Source: Bellilinea caldifistulae
GTDB taxonomy: Bacteria; Chloroflexota; Anaerolineae; Anaerolineales; Anaerolineaceae
Direction of reading: 5' to 3'
Assembly (NCBI RefSeq): GCF_001306055.1
Contig: NZ_LGHJ01000017.1
Span: 90,001 to 122,000, forward strand
Length of the DNA stretch: 32,000 nt
The number at the start of each line of letters is the position of its first letter. The stretch's first letter is position 1. The notes under the pieces are model-generated. The model was not told the origin of the DNA and searched no databases. It saw only the letters and a list, made by a program, of their open reading frames with translations. Shown in pieces: positions 1-9,278 of the stretch. The position numbers and the translations under genes were made by a program.

Positions 1-1
1 G

Positions 2-82
2 ACCGCAGTCTATGTATCTCTGGTCGCTTTGATGAGCACCAGCGCGGGTTACTTATTTGGATTGCTGCTGGCCGCCAGTTAG
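2..82 (+). CDS. 3' end of an upstream CDS; hydrophobic C-terminus of a membrane protein (partial, start lies outside the window)
   Basis: Frame 2 is open from the window edge and reads TAVYVSLVALMSTSAGYLFGLLLAAS, ending at TAG 80-82. Only the TM-like composition supports it; no family assignment is possible. Confidence 0.3.
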   Translation, partial: TAVYVSLVALMSTSAGYLFGLLLAAS

Positions 83-125
83 CGCCACCACCTGAAAAAA
101 AGTGGTACACTAATGTTGAACAACC

Positions 126-151
126 GGGCAACCTCAATCTTGAGGTTGCCC
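126..151. other. Perfect inverted repeat / stem-loop (GGGCAACCTCAA-TC-TTGAGGTTGCCC) between the upstream gene and the CBS gene
   Basis: I paired the 12-nt arms base by base. No U-tract follows. The 3' arm contains GAGG. Confidence 0.4.
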
Positions 152-198
152 CCTCACCTTTGATGAGCCAGCCGCTGAAAACCGGAAAGCGAGGGGAC

Positions 199-654
199 AT
201 GCTCCAGATATCCCGATGGATGAAAAAGGAGGTCATCTCCATTCCGCTGAATTCGACTCTTCGTCAGGCGATTCAGTTATTCATTGATCATCATATTGGC
301 ACTCTGCCAGTAGTGAACGAAGATCATCATCTGGTTGGAATTTTACGCCTGCAGGATGTCATTGATATGGGAATGCCGGATTTCATCCATCTGGTCACCG
401 ATTTTGATTTTCTGCATGGGTTTGGTGCAGTTGAAAATCAGCGCCCCGACCCGCAGATTTTTGAAAAGAAGATCGAAGATCTGATTCTTGAACCCGTTTC
501 GGTTCATGAAGACTCCGGTTTATTCCGTACGGCGGCTCTTTTGCACAAACACGCCTTAAGCGACCTGCCGGTAGTGGATCACGAAGGCCGGCTGGTGGGC
601 ATCGCCTCGCATGTGGATATCGGTGTTGCCCTACTCTCCTACTGGCTCTCTTGA
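199..654 (+). CDS. CBS domain pair protein (stand-alone tandem CBS)
   Basis: The ORF is open over 160-654. Two CBS-like repeats are visible (GTLPVVNEDHHLVGILRLQDV and LSDLPVVDHEGRLVGIASHVDI). I prefer ATG 199, which has GAGG(GG) just upstream at 191-196. TTG 160 and ATG 163 lack a properly spaced SD. The start is uncertain. Confidence 0.8.
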   Translation: MLQISRWMKKEVISIPLNSTLRQAIQLFIDHHIGTLPVVNEDHHLVGILRLQDVIDMGMPDFIHLVTDFDFLHGFGAVENQRPDPQIFEKKIEDLILEPVSVHEDSGLFRTAALLHKHALSDLPVVDHEGRLVGIASHVDIGVALLSYWLS

Positions 655-665
655 GGTTTCAGCCG

Positions 666-1961
666 ATGACATTTTCGCTTTCTACCGCCGTTTCGGCTTT
701 TCTTTTTTTGGGCTGCCTTGCTTTGATTTTCAGCGAGAAACTTCATCGTACCATTGTCGCTGTGGCAGGTGCAGTTTTGATGGTCATTGCTGGGTTAATC
801 CTGGGTTTCTACAACGAAGCTCAGGCGCTTTCCTCGATTGACTTCAACACCTTGGGGTTGCTGTTCGGCATGATGCTGCTGGTTGCCATGCTGGAACCGA
901 CCGGCTTCTTCGAGTTTCTGGCTGTGTGGGTCGGAAAAATGTCCAAAGGCAAAGCCGGCTTGCTGCTTTTCCTGCTGGCGCTGGTAACCTCCCTGGTCTC
1001 GATGTTTTTGGATAACGTCACCACCGTGGTGCTGATTGCGCCGGTCACCATTTTGATCTGTGAAATTTTAGGATTCTCCCCTCAGCCCTTTTTGATTTCC
1101 GAAGCCATCCTCTCCAACATCGGCGGCATTTCCACACTGGTCGGTGACCCGCCCAACGTGCTGATTGCTTCGGCAGCAGGATTTACCTTTGTGGATTTTA
1201 TCGTTCACAGTTTCCCCCTCATCATCGTGGTGTGGTTCTCGGCTTATGCGATGCTGAGTTGGATGTTTCGCAAGGAACTCCGCCAGCCCTCTCCCAATGC
1301 GGAAGCAGTTCAATCCCTCAACCCGCAGGATGCCTACACCGATCAGCCAACCGCCCGAAAAGCCCTGATTGTGATTGGAATTGCGGTCATCTTCTTTTTT
1401 CTAGAAGAACTGCTTGAAATCCGCCCGGCAATCATTGCGCTGGCTGCTGCTTCCCTTGCTTTAATCTGGATAAGACCCAACATCAGCGATTTACTGAAAC
1501 GCATCCAGTGGGAAATTCTGCTGTTCTTTGCCGGTTTGTTTGTTATGATCGGCGGCATTCAACAAGCCGGCGTCTTGGATATTTTCACCAGCCTGATTGT
1601 CCAGCTGGTTTCACTCTCACCCGCTCTGGCCGGTTTGATCCTGTTGTGGTCGGTAGCACTACTCTCTGCAATCGTGGATAACATCCCGATCACCATCACG
1701 CTTATCCCCATCATTCAGCATTTGGTTTTACCCGGTTCAAATCCCTCTTTTTTGTGGTGGGCGCTGGTATTTGGTGCCGGCTTAGGAGGAAACGGCACAA
1801 TCATCGGTTCGACAGCCAATGTGGTTGTGGTTGGTCTTTCGGAAAAAACCCGCCTGCCAATCACCAGTCAAACATGGAACAAACGTGGCCTGCCGGTTAT
1901 GCTGCTTTCCTGCCTGGTTACTTCAATCCTGTACTGGCTGACTCTGCCGACATTTTTTTGA
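666..1961 (+). CDS. ArsB/NhaD-superfamily (citrate-transporter-like / SLC13-like) permease
   Basis: A polytopic membrane protein of about 430 aa with the family-typical DNVTTVVLIAPV and GGNGTIIGSTANVVV segments. ATG 666 has GAGG 9 nt upstream. The alternative TTG 651 overlaps the CBS stop codon. Confidence 0.8.
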   Translation: MTFSLSTAVSAFLFLGCLALIFSEKLHRTIVAVAGAVLMVIAGLILGFYNEAQALSSIDFNTLGLLFGMMLLVAMLEPTGFFEFLAVWVGKMSKGKAGLLLFLLALVTSLVSMFLDNVTTVVLIAPVTILICEILGFSPQPFLISEAILSNIGGISTLVGDPPNVLIASAAGFTFVDFIVHSFPLIIVVWFSAYAMLSWMFRKELRQPSPNAEAVQSLNPQDAYTDQPTARKALIVIGIAVIFFFLEELLEIRPAIIALAAASLALIWIRPNISDLLKRIQWEILLFFAGLFVMIGGIQQAGVLDIFTSLIVQLVSLSPALAGLILLWSVALLSAIVDNIPITITLIPIIQHLVLPGSNPSFLWWALVFGAGLGGNGTIIGSTANVVVVGLSEKTRLPITSQTWNKRGLPVMLLSCLVTSILYWLTLPTFF

Positions 1962-2009
1962 TGAATTAGGGAAAACTTTCTCAATTCGATTACAGGTATA
2001 AGATTCTCT

Positions 2010-2369
2010 CTACCCGGCAATTTTGCTAATGGCAGTTTCTCGATCCGGCACAAAGAATACCTCTCTGCCGCGATTACTTTCGCGAATGAATGCCCGTAAA
2101 CTATTGCTTTTGTATTTCTCAAATTGACCAATTACAGCCATTTTGACTCGGTAATTGGAAAACTTCAGTAAAATTTCCCCCGCAACTCCGCTCCGTAATT
2201 CAAAAAAATCCGGTGTGAAATGATGTTCCTGCAAAATGACACCATTTGCTTCGTAACCACCCACTTCCGCAATCAGATCCAGAGCGTCCTGCGGTGTTTT
2301 AATAACAACTTCGCTTGAAAGAACTTCGACAATACGTTGTTTATTCTTCTCGACGACTTTTAATTCCAT
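2010..2369 (-). CDS. DUF4180 domain-containing protein
   Basis: 119 aa. The pattern DALDLIAEV...FFELRSGVAGEILLKFSNYRVKMAVIGQF...SLRAFIRESNRGREVFFV matches my memory of the DUF4180 family. AAGGA lies 8 nt upstream of the ATG. Confidence 0.75.
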   Translation of the reverse strand: MELKVVEKNKQRIVEVLSSEVVIKTPQDALDLIAEVGGYEANGVILQEHHFTPDFFELRSGVAGEILLKFSNYRVKMAVIGQFEKYKSNSLRAFIRESNRGREVFFVPDRETAISKIAG

Positions 2370-2719
2370 TATTTTTTCCTTTTACTCCAACTCCTCAAAG
2401 TTTCCTGCTTCCAAGCCGTTTTTCAATACCAGCCTGGCGGTGAAATTCCACCACTTCAGCGAATCGCCAGTTTTGATTCAACCTACGAATGTTTCCCTTT
2501 TAGAGCCAATTTGCATACCCAAAGTAATTGCCTGCGTAAGGAAAAAGCCAACCAGAACAGCCAGCGGAACCGGCATTGGCGAGAGAAAAATCAACTGATA
2601 AGTCAAAGGTACTACCGTATCTACACTATATCACATTGATAGACTTGAAAATTGCCTTGTGATCAGCTGAATTTGAGAGATGTCTCAATAGTCTGGATTG
2701 TGTTTTATAGTAGAATCAC

Positions 2720-2754
2720 AGCGTGCCGGGGACGCCGACCCCGGCACGCTTTTT
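2720..2754 (+). terminator. Orphan rho-independent-terminator-like hairpin (12-bp GC-rich stem, 7-nt loop, T4-5 tract)
   Basis: AGCGTGCCGGGG-acgccga-CCCCGGCACGCT followed by TTTT. There is no plus-strand CDS upstream within 750 nt, because the intervening gene is on the minus strand. Confidence 0.4.
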
Positions 2755-2896
2755 AAGGAGGAGAAGAAGAGAAGTCGCCCTTTTCGATTACAATAATACA
2801 GGAAACTTTGTTCCACTGCTTGACGCAAATCCTACGCTTGACCTACGCTAACCTTACAGGCACTTAACGAAATTGGTCTGATTTGGAGAAAATTCC

Positions 2897-3916
2897 ATGA
2901 GCCAAAACCTAGCCGTCAAAACTGAAAACCTGGGACGTATCTATAAAATCCGTAACAACCGCAAAGAAAAACAGCGCGAACTGCTCGCCCTCGAAAATGT
3001 CAACCTCGAAATTCGGGAAGGGGAATTATTCGGACTGCTCGGCCCGAACGGCGCCGGTAAAACCACCCTGATCAAAATCCTGACAACCCTGCTCTCCCCC
3101 ACCAGCGGGCGGGCCTGGGTAGCCGGTCTGGACGTGACCCGACAACCGGCTGAAGTCCGAAAACGCATCAACATGGTCTCCGGCGGTGAGACTTCCGGTT
3201 ACGGCTTGCTGACCGTGCGTGAAAACCTGTGGATGTTTGCCCAGTTTTACGGCATTCCCAGCGCCGAGGCCAACCGGCGCATCAAAACACTGGCAGAGAT
3301 AGTCGGCATCGCCGACCGACTCAACACCAAATCCTCCGATCTATCCACCGGTTTACGCCAAAAGATGAACATCATCCGCGGTTTTCTGACGGATCTGGAG
3401 GTGCTCTTCCTTGACGAACCCACCCTTGGGCTCGACGTGGGCGCTTCGCGGGATGTGCGCTCGTTCATCCGCCGCTGGATGGACGAAAATCCGCACCGCA
3501 CGCTGCTGCTGACCACCCACTACATGGTCGAAGCTGAGGAACTTTGCGACCGGGTTGCCATCATCAATCAAGGACGGGTGCTGGCATGTGACACGCCGGC
3601 ACGCTTGAAGCAAAACCTGCGGCACGAGATCTTCTTTCAGGTTTGGGTGGATGCCTCCCGCCTGCTGGATGAGTATGCCTTCCTTCGCATCAACGGGGTA
3701 AAACACTTCCACCAGTCCCCGGAGGAAGACTCCCTGCGCCTGGAAATTAGTCTGGAGGAAGAAGCCGTACTCTCCGAGATCATCTATGAACTGACCGCTC
3801 AATCTGCCCGCATTCTGCGGCTGGAAAAACGCGAACCCACCCTGGAGGATGTCTTCGTTCAGCTGGTTGGGCAACGCATGGAGGAGGTAGAAAATGTCGC
3901 TGTTCCCGCCGATTGA
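2897..3916 (+). CDS. ABC transporter ATP-binding protein (ABC-2/DrrA-like exporter ATPase with a C-terminal extension)
   Basis: Walker A GPNGAGKTT, signature LSTGLRQK, Walker B LFLDEPTLGLD and H-loop TTHY. GGAG lies upstream of the ATG. Confidence 0.93.
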   Translation: MSQNLAVKTENLGRIYKIRNNRKEKQRELLALENVNLEIREGELFGLLGPNGAGKTTLIKILTTLLSPTSGRAWVAGLDVTRQPAEVRKRINMVSGGETSGYGLLTVRENLWMFAQFYGIPSAEANRRIKTLAEIVGIADRLNTKSSDLSTGLRQKMNIIRGFLTDLEVLFLDEPTLGLDVGASRDVRSFIRRWMDENPHRTLLLTTHYMVEAEELCDRVAIINQGRVLACDTPARLKQNLRHEIFFQVWVDASRLLDEYAFLRINGVKHFHQSPEEDSLRLEISLEEEAVLSEIIYELTAQSARILRLEKREPTLEDVFVQLVGQRMEEVENVAVPAD

Positions 3917-4739
3917 AAAGAAACGCAGCGGCTGGCAGCTTTTCCTGATGACCGTGGTGGGGCGCTCCTATCCGCGAGTAGTGGGTATGCAGCGGGAGCG
4001 TTCGTGGATGTTCTTCGACGTCTTTTTGCCCTTGCTCAGCGTGGCCGCCTATGTATTTGTTTACCGCGCCATCGGCGCCCCGGAAGATTATGTCGGTTTT
4101 GTGGTTGTCGGCGGTGCAATGACCGCTTTCTGGATGAATGTTTTATGGAGCATGTCCAGTCAGTTGTACTGGGAAAAGGAACAGGGCAATCTGGCGCTCT
4201 ACATCATCTCACCGGCGCCGATGATGGCTATCCTGCTCGGCATGGCAGTTGGCGGCTTATTTGCCACCCTTTTACGAGCCATTGCCATTATCGCTGTCGG
4301 CAGCTTGATTTTCAATGTAACTTACGCCGTTTCATCCTTCTGGCAGCTGATTGCCGTTTTTTCACTGAGCATGGTTGCCCTGTATGGGCTGGGAATGATG
4401 AGTGCATCCATATTCCTGCTGCTCAGCCGCGAAGCCTGGCACCTCGCCAATCTGGCAATGGAGCCGGTCTATCTGGTTTCCGGGATGTATTTTCCGGTTA
4501 AGAATCTGGGTTTTTGGGCAGCAGCGGCTGCCTCGGTCATTCCCCTCACCCTGGGGCTGGATGCCATGCGTCAGCTGGTCTTTGCCAGTGGGCCGACCCT
4601 CGGCTTTTTGAGTGTGGAAACCGAAATTGGTATTTTGGTCATCCTTTCGGTCACCTTTGTAACTGCCGCCCGTTACCTGCTGGCTTATGTAGAACGGCTT
4701 GCCGTGCGTGAAGGCCGCCTGACCGAAAACCGCCGATGA
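3894..4739 (+). CDS. ABC-2 type transporter permease (subunit 1)
   Basis: A 281-aa hydrophobic protein with about 6 TM segments. GGAGGAGG lies 6-7 nt upstream. It overlaps the 3' end of the ATPase gene by 23 nt. Confidence 0.85.
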   Translation: MSLFPPIEKKRSGWQLFLMTVVGRSYPRVVGMQRERSWMFFDVFLPLLSVAAYVFVYRAIGAPEDYVGFVVVGGAMTAFWMNVLWSMSSQLYWEKEQGNLALYIISPAPMMAILLGMAVGGLFATLLRAIAIIAVGSLIFNVTYAVSSFWQLIAVFSLSMVALYGLGMMSASIFLLLSREAWHLANLAMEPVYLVSGMYFPVKNLGFWAAAAASVIPLTLGLDAMRQLVFASGPTLGFLSVETEIGILVILSVTFVTAARYLLAYVERLAVREGRLTENRR

Positions 4740-5617
4740 AAGGTGCCCCCATGCAAAAATCCGTCCAAAAATCCGTTAATCTGCGCTCTTTCCTGACCGC
4801 CTCCTGGCTCGGCTGGCAAATCGAATCCAACTGGACCGACCCGTTTCTGTTCGCCACCTACTCCACCATCAAGCCGGTTGCCGGGGCGGCTATCCTCGTG
4901 CTGATGTACTCCATCGTCACTCAGGGTAATTTTGACTCCCCGGTTTTTGCTTACCTGTACCTTGGAAACGCTTTTTATCAGTACGTTCCGGCTGTGTTGA
5001 CCGGTGTTTCGTGGACGATTATTGACGACCGCGAACACTACCGTACCCTGAAATACATCTACACCGCCCCGGTGAACATCCCCTTTTACCTGTTTGGACG
5101 GGCAGTCGCCAAGTTCATTGTGGGCACTTTTGGCGTGGTCATTACCATCGCTGCCGGGGTGTTATTCCTCAATGTTCCATTAGACTGGTCGCGGGTGGAT
5201 TGGCCGCTTTTCCTGGTGGCTCTCTTTTTGGGTGTGCTCATGCTGGCGCTCAGCGGACTCATCTTAGCCGGCATTACCTTGATGACCGCCCGCCATTCCT
5301 ACTACATTGGGGATGTGGTCGCGGGCGGCTTGTTCCTTTTCACAGGGGCAATCTTCCCCCTCGAGGTGTTGCCGAACTGGCTGCGGCCTATTGGCTATCT
5401 GCTGCCAATCACATACTGGCTGGAATTAATCCGCCGTTCACTGGTCGGGGCAGTTGCTGAAGCCTTCCCTACCTTCACAGCCCTGAGCAATGGAGATTTA
5501 CTGCTCATCCTTGCCGCCTCTTCGCTGGTGTTTGGAATTGCCAGCATCTTCATCTTCCGTTATTGCGATCATCAAGCCCGCGAAAGAGGGTTAATTGACC
5601 AAACCACCAACTACTGA
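4736..5617 (+). CDS. ABC-2 type transporter permease (subunit 2)
   Basis: A 293-aa polytopic membrane protein. Its start forms an ATGA overlap with the previous stop codon. An alternative start is the ATG at residue 6. Confidence 0.85.
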   Translation: MKGAPMQKSVQKSVNLRSFLTASWLGWQIESNWTDPFLFATYSTIKPVAGAAILVLMYSIVTQGNFDSPVFAYLYLGNAFYQYVPAVLTGVSWTIIDDREHYRTLKYIYTAPVNIPFYLFGRAVAKFIVGTFGVVITIAAGVLFLNVPLDWSRVDWPLFLVALFLGVLMLALSGLILAGITLMTARHSYYIGDVVAGGLFLFTGAIFPLEVLPNWLRPIGYLLPITYWLELIRRSLVGAVAEAFPTFTALSNGDLLLILAASSLVFGIASIFIFRYCDHQARERGLIDQTTNY

Positions 5618-5629
5618 ACGGGGAATCGC

Positions 5630-6535
5630 TTGACCTTAAAATCCTGGCTGAAATTTCTTTATCTGGGCGTAGTGTGGGGCGCAACTTTTTTATGGATCAA
5701 AATTGGTCTGGAAGAATTAACTCCCCTCACCTTCACCGCCTTACGGTTGAGTGTGGCTCTGGTCGGCCTGCTCGTTCTCTTGTTCATCACCCGCCCGCGC
5801 TTGCCCAAACTTGCCAACGGCTGGGATTTTTTGGTGTTAGGGGTTTTCAACATTGCGTTGCCTTTTCTGCTGATCACCTGGAGCGAGCAGCATGTCACCT
5901 CCGGCATGGCAGCCATCCTCAACTCGACCGCCCCGCTTTTCACCATGCTGCTGGCGCAAATTTTTGTGCAGGATGACCACATCACCCTCCCCAAAGCCCT
6001 TGGCCTGCTGGCCGGTTTCGCTGGGGTGGTAGTGCTGGTGTCCGACGAATTAGGCACAGCCATGACCGGCGAACGGTGGGGACAACTGGGGGTGCTGGCT
6101 GCTTCTCTTTCGTATGCGGTCGCCATCATCTTTGCCCGTCGGCGCACATTTGACCTTGCCCCGGTCGTTCAAGCGCTTGGGCAGAACTTTTTTGCCAACC
6201 TGACCGTCTGGGGGCTGGCTTTTGGGCTGGAAGGCAGCTTAAGCTTGCCGCGCCTGCCCATGACCTGGCTGGCGATCCTCTGGCTGGGCATCATGGCTAC
6301 CTGCATCGGCACCGTGTTATACTATGGGTTGTTGAAAGAAGTCGGGCCAACCCGCACAACGCTGGTTACCTACCTTTTCCCGCTGGTTGGGGTGGTTTTA
6401 GGGGTCACCTTTTTACAGGAAGCACTGGACTGGCGCATCCTCTTGGGTGGTTTGTTGATCATCAGCGGCGTTGCAATCGTCAATTCACCAATTGGTTGGA
6501 GAAAAACTCCTGCGGAGGCAACTCAAAATGAATGA
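5630..6535 (+). CDS. EamA/DMT-family transporter
   Basis: About 10 TM segments arranged as two EamA-like halves, with typical WGATF...IK and ...LGGLLIISGV segments. TTG start. Confidence 0.88.
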   Translation: MTLKSWLKFLYLGVVWGATFLWIKIGLEELTPLTFTALRLSVALVGLLVLLFITRPRLPKLANGWDFLVLGVFNIALPFLLITWSEQHVTSGMAAILNSTAPLFTMLLAQIFVQDDHITLPKALGLLAGFAGVVVLVSDELGTAMTGERWGQLGVLAASLSYAVAIIFARRRTFDLAPVVQALGQNFFANLTVWGLAFGLEGSLSLPRLPMTWLAILWLGIMATCIGTVLYYGLLKEVGPTRTTLVTYLFPLVGVVLGVTFLQEALDWRILLGGLLIISGVAIVNSPIGWRKTPAEATQNE

Positions 6536-7454
6536 AACCTCGCCAACATCTTATCGGGCAGGTTACATTGCCCTGATTGGCCGTCCGAACGTTGGAAAAT
6601 CCACCTTGATGAACGCCCTGATGGGGCAGAAAATTGCAGCGGTTTCCCCCCGTCCGCAAACAACCCGGCAGCGGCAGCTGGGTATTTTGACCCTGCCGGA
6701 AGCTCAGTTGATTTTCATGGATACCCCCGGAATGCACAAACCGGTTCACAAACTGGGCGAATACATGAATCAAGTCGCCGAAGATGCGCTGAAGGATGCG
6801 GATGTAATCTTGTGGCTGGTGGATGCTTCTGTCTTGCCAACCCCTGAAGATTTGCGCATCTCGGAGCGGTTGAAATCCATCAACGGCTTACCCGCCGTTT
6901 TGCTCGGTCTGAACAAAATTGATCTGCTCAACAAAGACCTGTTGACGGAGCGCACCGACCAATACCAGGCCCTTTACTCTTTCGAACAGGTAATCCCCTT
7001 CTCCGCAACCCGCGGGGACGGGCGCGATGAACTCATGCAGGCCCTGATCAGCCGTTTACCGGTGAGTGAAGCGCTGTTCGACCCCGACCAGATCACCGAT
7101 TTGTACGAGCGGGAAATTGCTGCCGATCTCATTCGTGAGGCAGCCTTGCTGCACCTGCGCGACGAAGTTCCCCATGCCATTGCCGTGCGGATTGATGAAT
7201 ATACCGAACGCGGCGAGGAGGGGGCTTACATCCACGCCACTCTTTTCGTGGAACGCGAATCCCACAAAGGGATTGTGATTGGCAAAGGCGGCGAAATGCT
7301 CAAAAAGATTGGCAGCAGCGCCCGGCAGGAAATCGAAGCCATGAGCGGCCGGCGGGTGTTCCTGGAATTAAAAGTCAAAGTAAACCCCAACTGGCGCAAT
7401 AAACCGGATGCCCTTCGCTGGCTGGGGTATTACCGCAAGAAAGATGGGCAATGA
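6528..7454 (+). CDS. era: GTPase Era
   Basis: G1 GRPNVGKST, G3 DTPG and G4 NKID are present, with a C-terminal KH domain (VIGKGGEMLKKIG). ATG 6528 has GGAGG 9 nt upstream. The longer ORF from 6471 would overlap EamA by 65 nt and adds non-Era sequence. Confidence 0.95.
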   Translation: MNETSPTSYRAGYIALIGRPNVGKSTLMNALMGQKIAAVSPRPQTTRQRQLGILTLPEAQLIFMDTPGMHKPVHKLGEYMNQVAEDALKDADVILWLVDASVLPTPEDLRISERLKSINGLPAVLLGLNKIDLLNKDLLTERTDQYQALYSFEQVIPFSATRGDGRDELMQALISRLPVSEALFDPDQITDLYEREIAADLIREAALLHLRDEVPHAIAVRIDEYTERGEEGAYIHATLFVERESHKGIVIGKGGEMLKKIGSSARQEIEAMSGRRVFLELKVKVNPNWRNKPDALRWLGYYRKKDGQ

Positions 7455-8113
7455 ATGCTGGTTGGTTCATAGCCGCTGGTATCCTCGCCGCATCCGACTG
7501 GTCAACCGTATATTTTGAAAAATACCGCTGGCGCTGGCTGACCAAAACGGGGGCAATCCTCTGTTTGATTACTGCCTACACCCTCTCCGGCGGCTGGCAA
7601 AATTCGGTGTGGTTTGGAATGGGATTGGTCTTTTCCCTGGCAGGTGATACATTCCTGCTGCTCCCTCCCCGCTACTTCCTCGCCGGTTTGGCAGCCTTTC
7701 TCATGGCGCAGATGGCTTACATCATCGCCTTTCACCAACCCCCTGCCCCGTTGGGGATCAACCATCTGCTCAGCGCCGGAGTGTTGCTGATCATTGCGCT
7801 GTTGGCGTTCCGGCGTCTTTCATCCGCTTTAGCGTCTGAAAACCGCACCAATCGGCTGCGTTGGGCAATTCTTTTCTACATTCTGGCGATCAGCACAATG
7901 GTGTATTCTGCCCTGACCACGCTCTGGAATCCCGCCTGGCAATTACCTGCCGCATGGCTGGCGGTTGCCGGAGCAATTTCCTTCTACTTTTCGGACTGGA
8001 TGCTGGCCGATCAACGCTTCATTCGCTCCACGCGCTCCGGCCGGTTGATCATCATGGTCGCCTACCACATCGCCCAATTTCTGCTGGTGTTTGCCTTTCT
8101 GATGAGGAAATAG
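7451..8113 (+). CDS. YhhN-family (lysoplasmalogenase-like) membrane protein
   Basis: Family-like motifs GLVFSLAGDTFLL and GAISFYFSDWMLADQRF in a protein with about 7 TM segments. ATGA overlap with the era stop codon. Confidence 0.75.
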   Translation: MNAGWFIAAGILAASDWSTVYFEKYRWRWLTKTGAILCLITAYTLSGGWQNSVWFGMGLVFSLAGDTFLLLPPRYFLAGLAAFLMAQMAYIIAFHQPPAPLGINHLLSAGVLLIIALLAFRRLSSALASENRTNRLRWAILFYILAISTMVYSALTTLWNPAWQLPAAWLAVAGAISFYFSDWMLADQRFIRSTRSGRLIIMVAYHIAQFLLVFAFLMRK

Positions 8114-8116
8114 AAC

Positions 8117-9040
8117 CTACTCTTTAACCAGCGGGCGAAAACCTTCTCCCAAAGCTTCGTGCGCCTGCCCAATGACCATGAAAGCCCGCGGGTCAATTTC
8201 GCGTACCAGTTCTTTCAACGGATTGACTTCCGAACGGGTGATAACGCAATATAACACCGGCCGTTCCATGCCCGTGTAAGCACCTGTACCCGGCAGAATT
8301 GTAACACCACGTTCCAGCACGCTCATAATCGAATGGGTAACCTCATCCGGATGCTGAGTAATGATCAACGCGGTGCGGAACACACCCGAGCCTTCCGAAA
8401 CTGCCTCTGCCGCCAGACCGGACACATAAATCACCAGCAAGCCATACAGGGCTTTCTCCCACGAAAACGCAAAACCACCGGCCAGCACCACCAGTGTATC
8501 AGTAATCAGGTAGGCCTGTGAAATGGAGATGCCCAGCCGGTGATTGAGAATACGCCCCAGAATATCGCTGCCTCCGCTGGTACCCTGCCCGCGATAAACC
8601 AGGCCCAGCCCAACCCCCAGCAAAATCCCACCGTACAGACAGTCCAGCACCAGATCGCTGGTCACCCCCTCGGCCGGAATAAACCAGACCAGCCCATCCG
8701 TGAACAGGGAGAACAGTGCAATTGCCAGCGCGGTGCGCTTTGCAAAACGCGCTCCACCAAGATATTGCCAGCCGAGAATAAAGAGGGGAACATTCCCAAC
8801 GAAGACCATCAAACCAATCGGCCAGCCCGTGAAGAAATTGATGATTTGCGATGCACCACTCACCCCGCCGCTGACCAGCTGGGCCGGCACCAGAAACAGG
8901 CGCATTGAAAGCGCTTGAATGAATGCCCCAAGCGCAACCAGCAAATATTCCTGTAATGTCTTGCGGGAAAACGCCGCCGGGGTCAACAAAGCCCGCAGCA
9001 TTTGCCCCACTGAAATTTTGGGAGAACTTGAATATTGCAT
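8117..9040 (-). CDS. YitT-family membrane protein (with C-terminal DUF2179-like domain)
   Basis: An N-terminal multi-TM region with GGVSG/GGSD-type motifs, followed by a soluble C-terminal domain (ITQHPDEVTHSIMSVLERGVTIL...GQAHEALGEGF). GAGG lies 8 nt upstream. Confidence 0.82.
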   Translation of the reverse strand: MQYSSSPKISVGQMLRALLTPAAFSRKTLQEYLLVALGAFIQALSMRLFLVPAQLVSGGVSGASQIINFFTGWPIGLMVFVGNVPLFILGWQYLGGARFAKRTALAIALFSLFTDGLVWFIPAEGVTSDLVLDCLYGGILLGVGLGLVYRGQGTSGGSDILGRILNHRLGISISQAYLITDTLVVLAGGFAFSWEKALYGLLVIYVSGLAAEAVSEGSGVFRTALIITQHPDEVTHSIMSVLERGVTILPGTGAYTGMERPVLYCVITRSEVNPLKELVREIDPRAFMVIGQAHEALGEGFRPLVKE

Positions 9041-9278
9041 GGGTAAAACCTCATTCTATCTCAACCACATTTTTCAAAAGCGGGCTAATTATATGGAGTA
9101 TTGCCCTTTCTGGAAAGCGTTATCTATCCGCCACTTTCGGACATTCATCCTGATTTTGGCAAATCAGCCAAATGTGACTTTTGACACTAATCAGCCCAAT
9201 GCCCTCGATCCTATAATAATATGGAAAATTCCTTTTCACTGGTTAATGAAAGCAAGATCCTATCCTCAGGAGGAAGAA

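Noticed and set aside
2478-2576. A 32-codon hydrophobic mini-ORF on the minus strand (MPVPLAVLVGFFLTQAITLGMQIGSKRETFVG), extendable to TTG 2606
   Set aside because: Neither candidate start has an SD, and it is too short to evaluate by composition. It could be a real small membrane peptide, but nothing I can see supports it.
8919-9278. A 120-codon N-terminal extension of the ferritin-like ORF, giving 286 aa in the ORF track
   Set aside because: It runs antisense through the 5' end of yitT and the intergenic region and has no ferritin-like sequence. A consensus AGGAGG sits 5 nt before the internal ATG at 9279, so the short form is the real gene.
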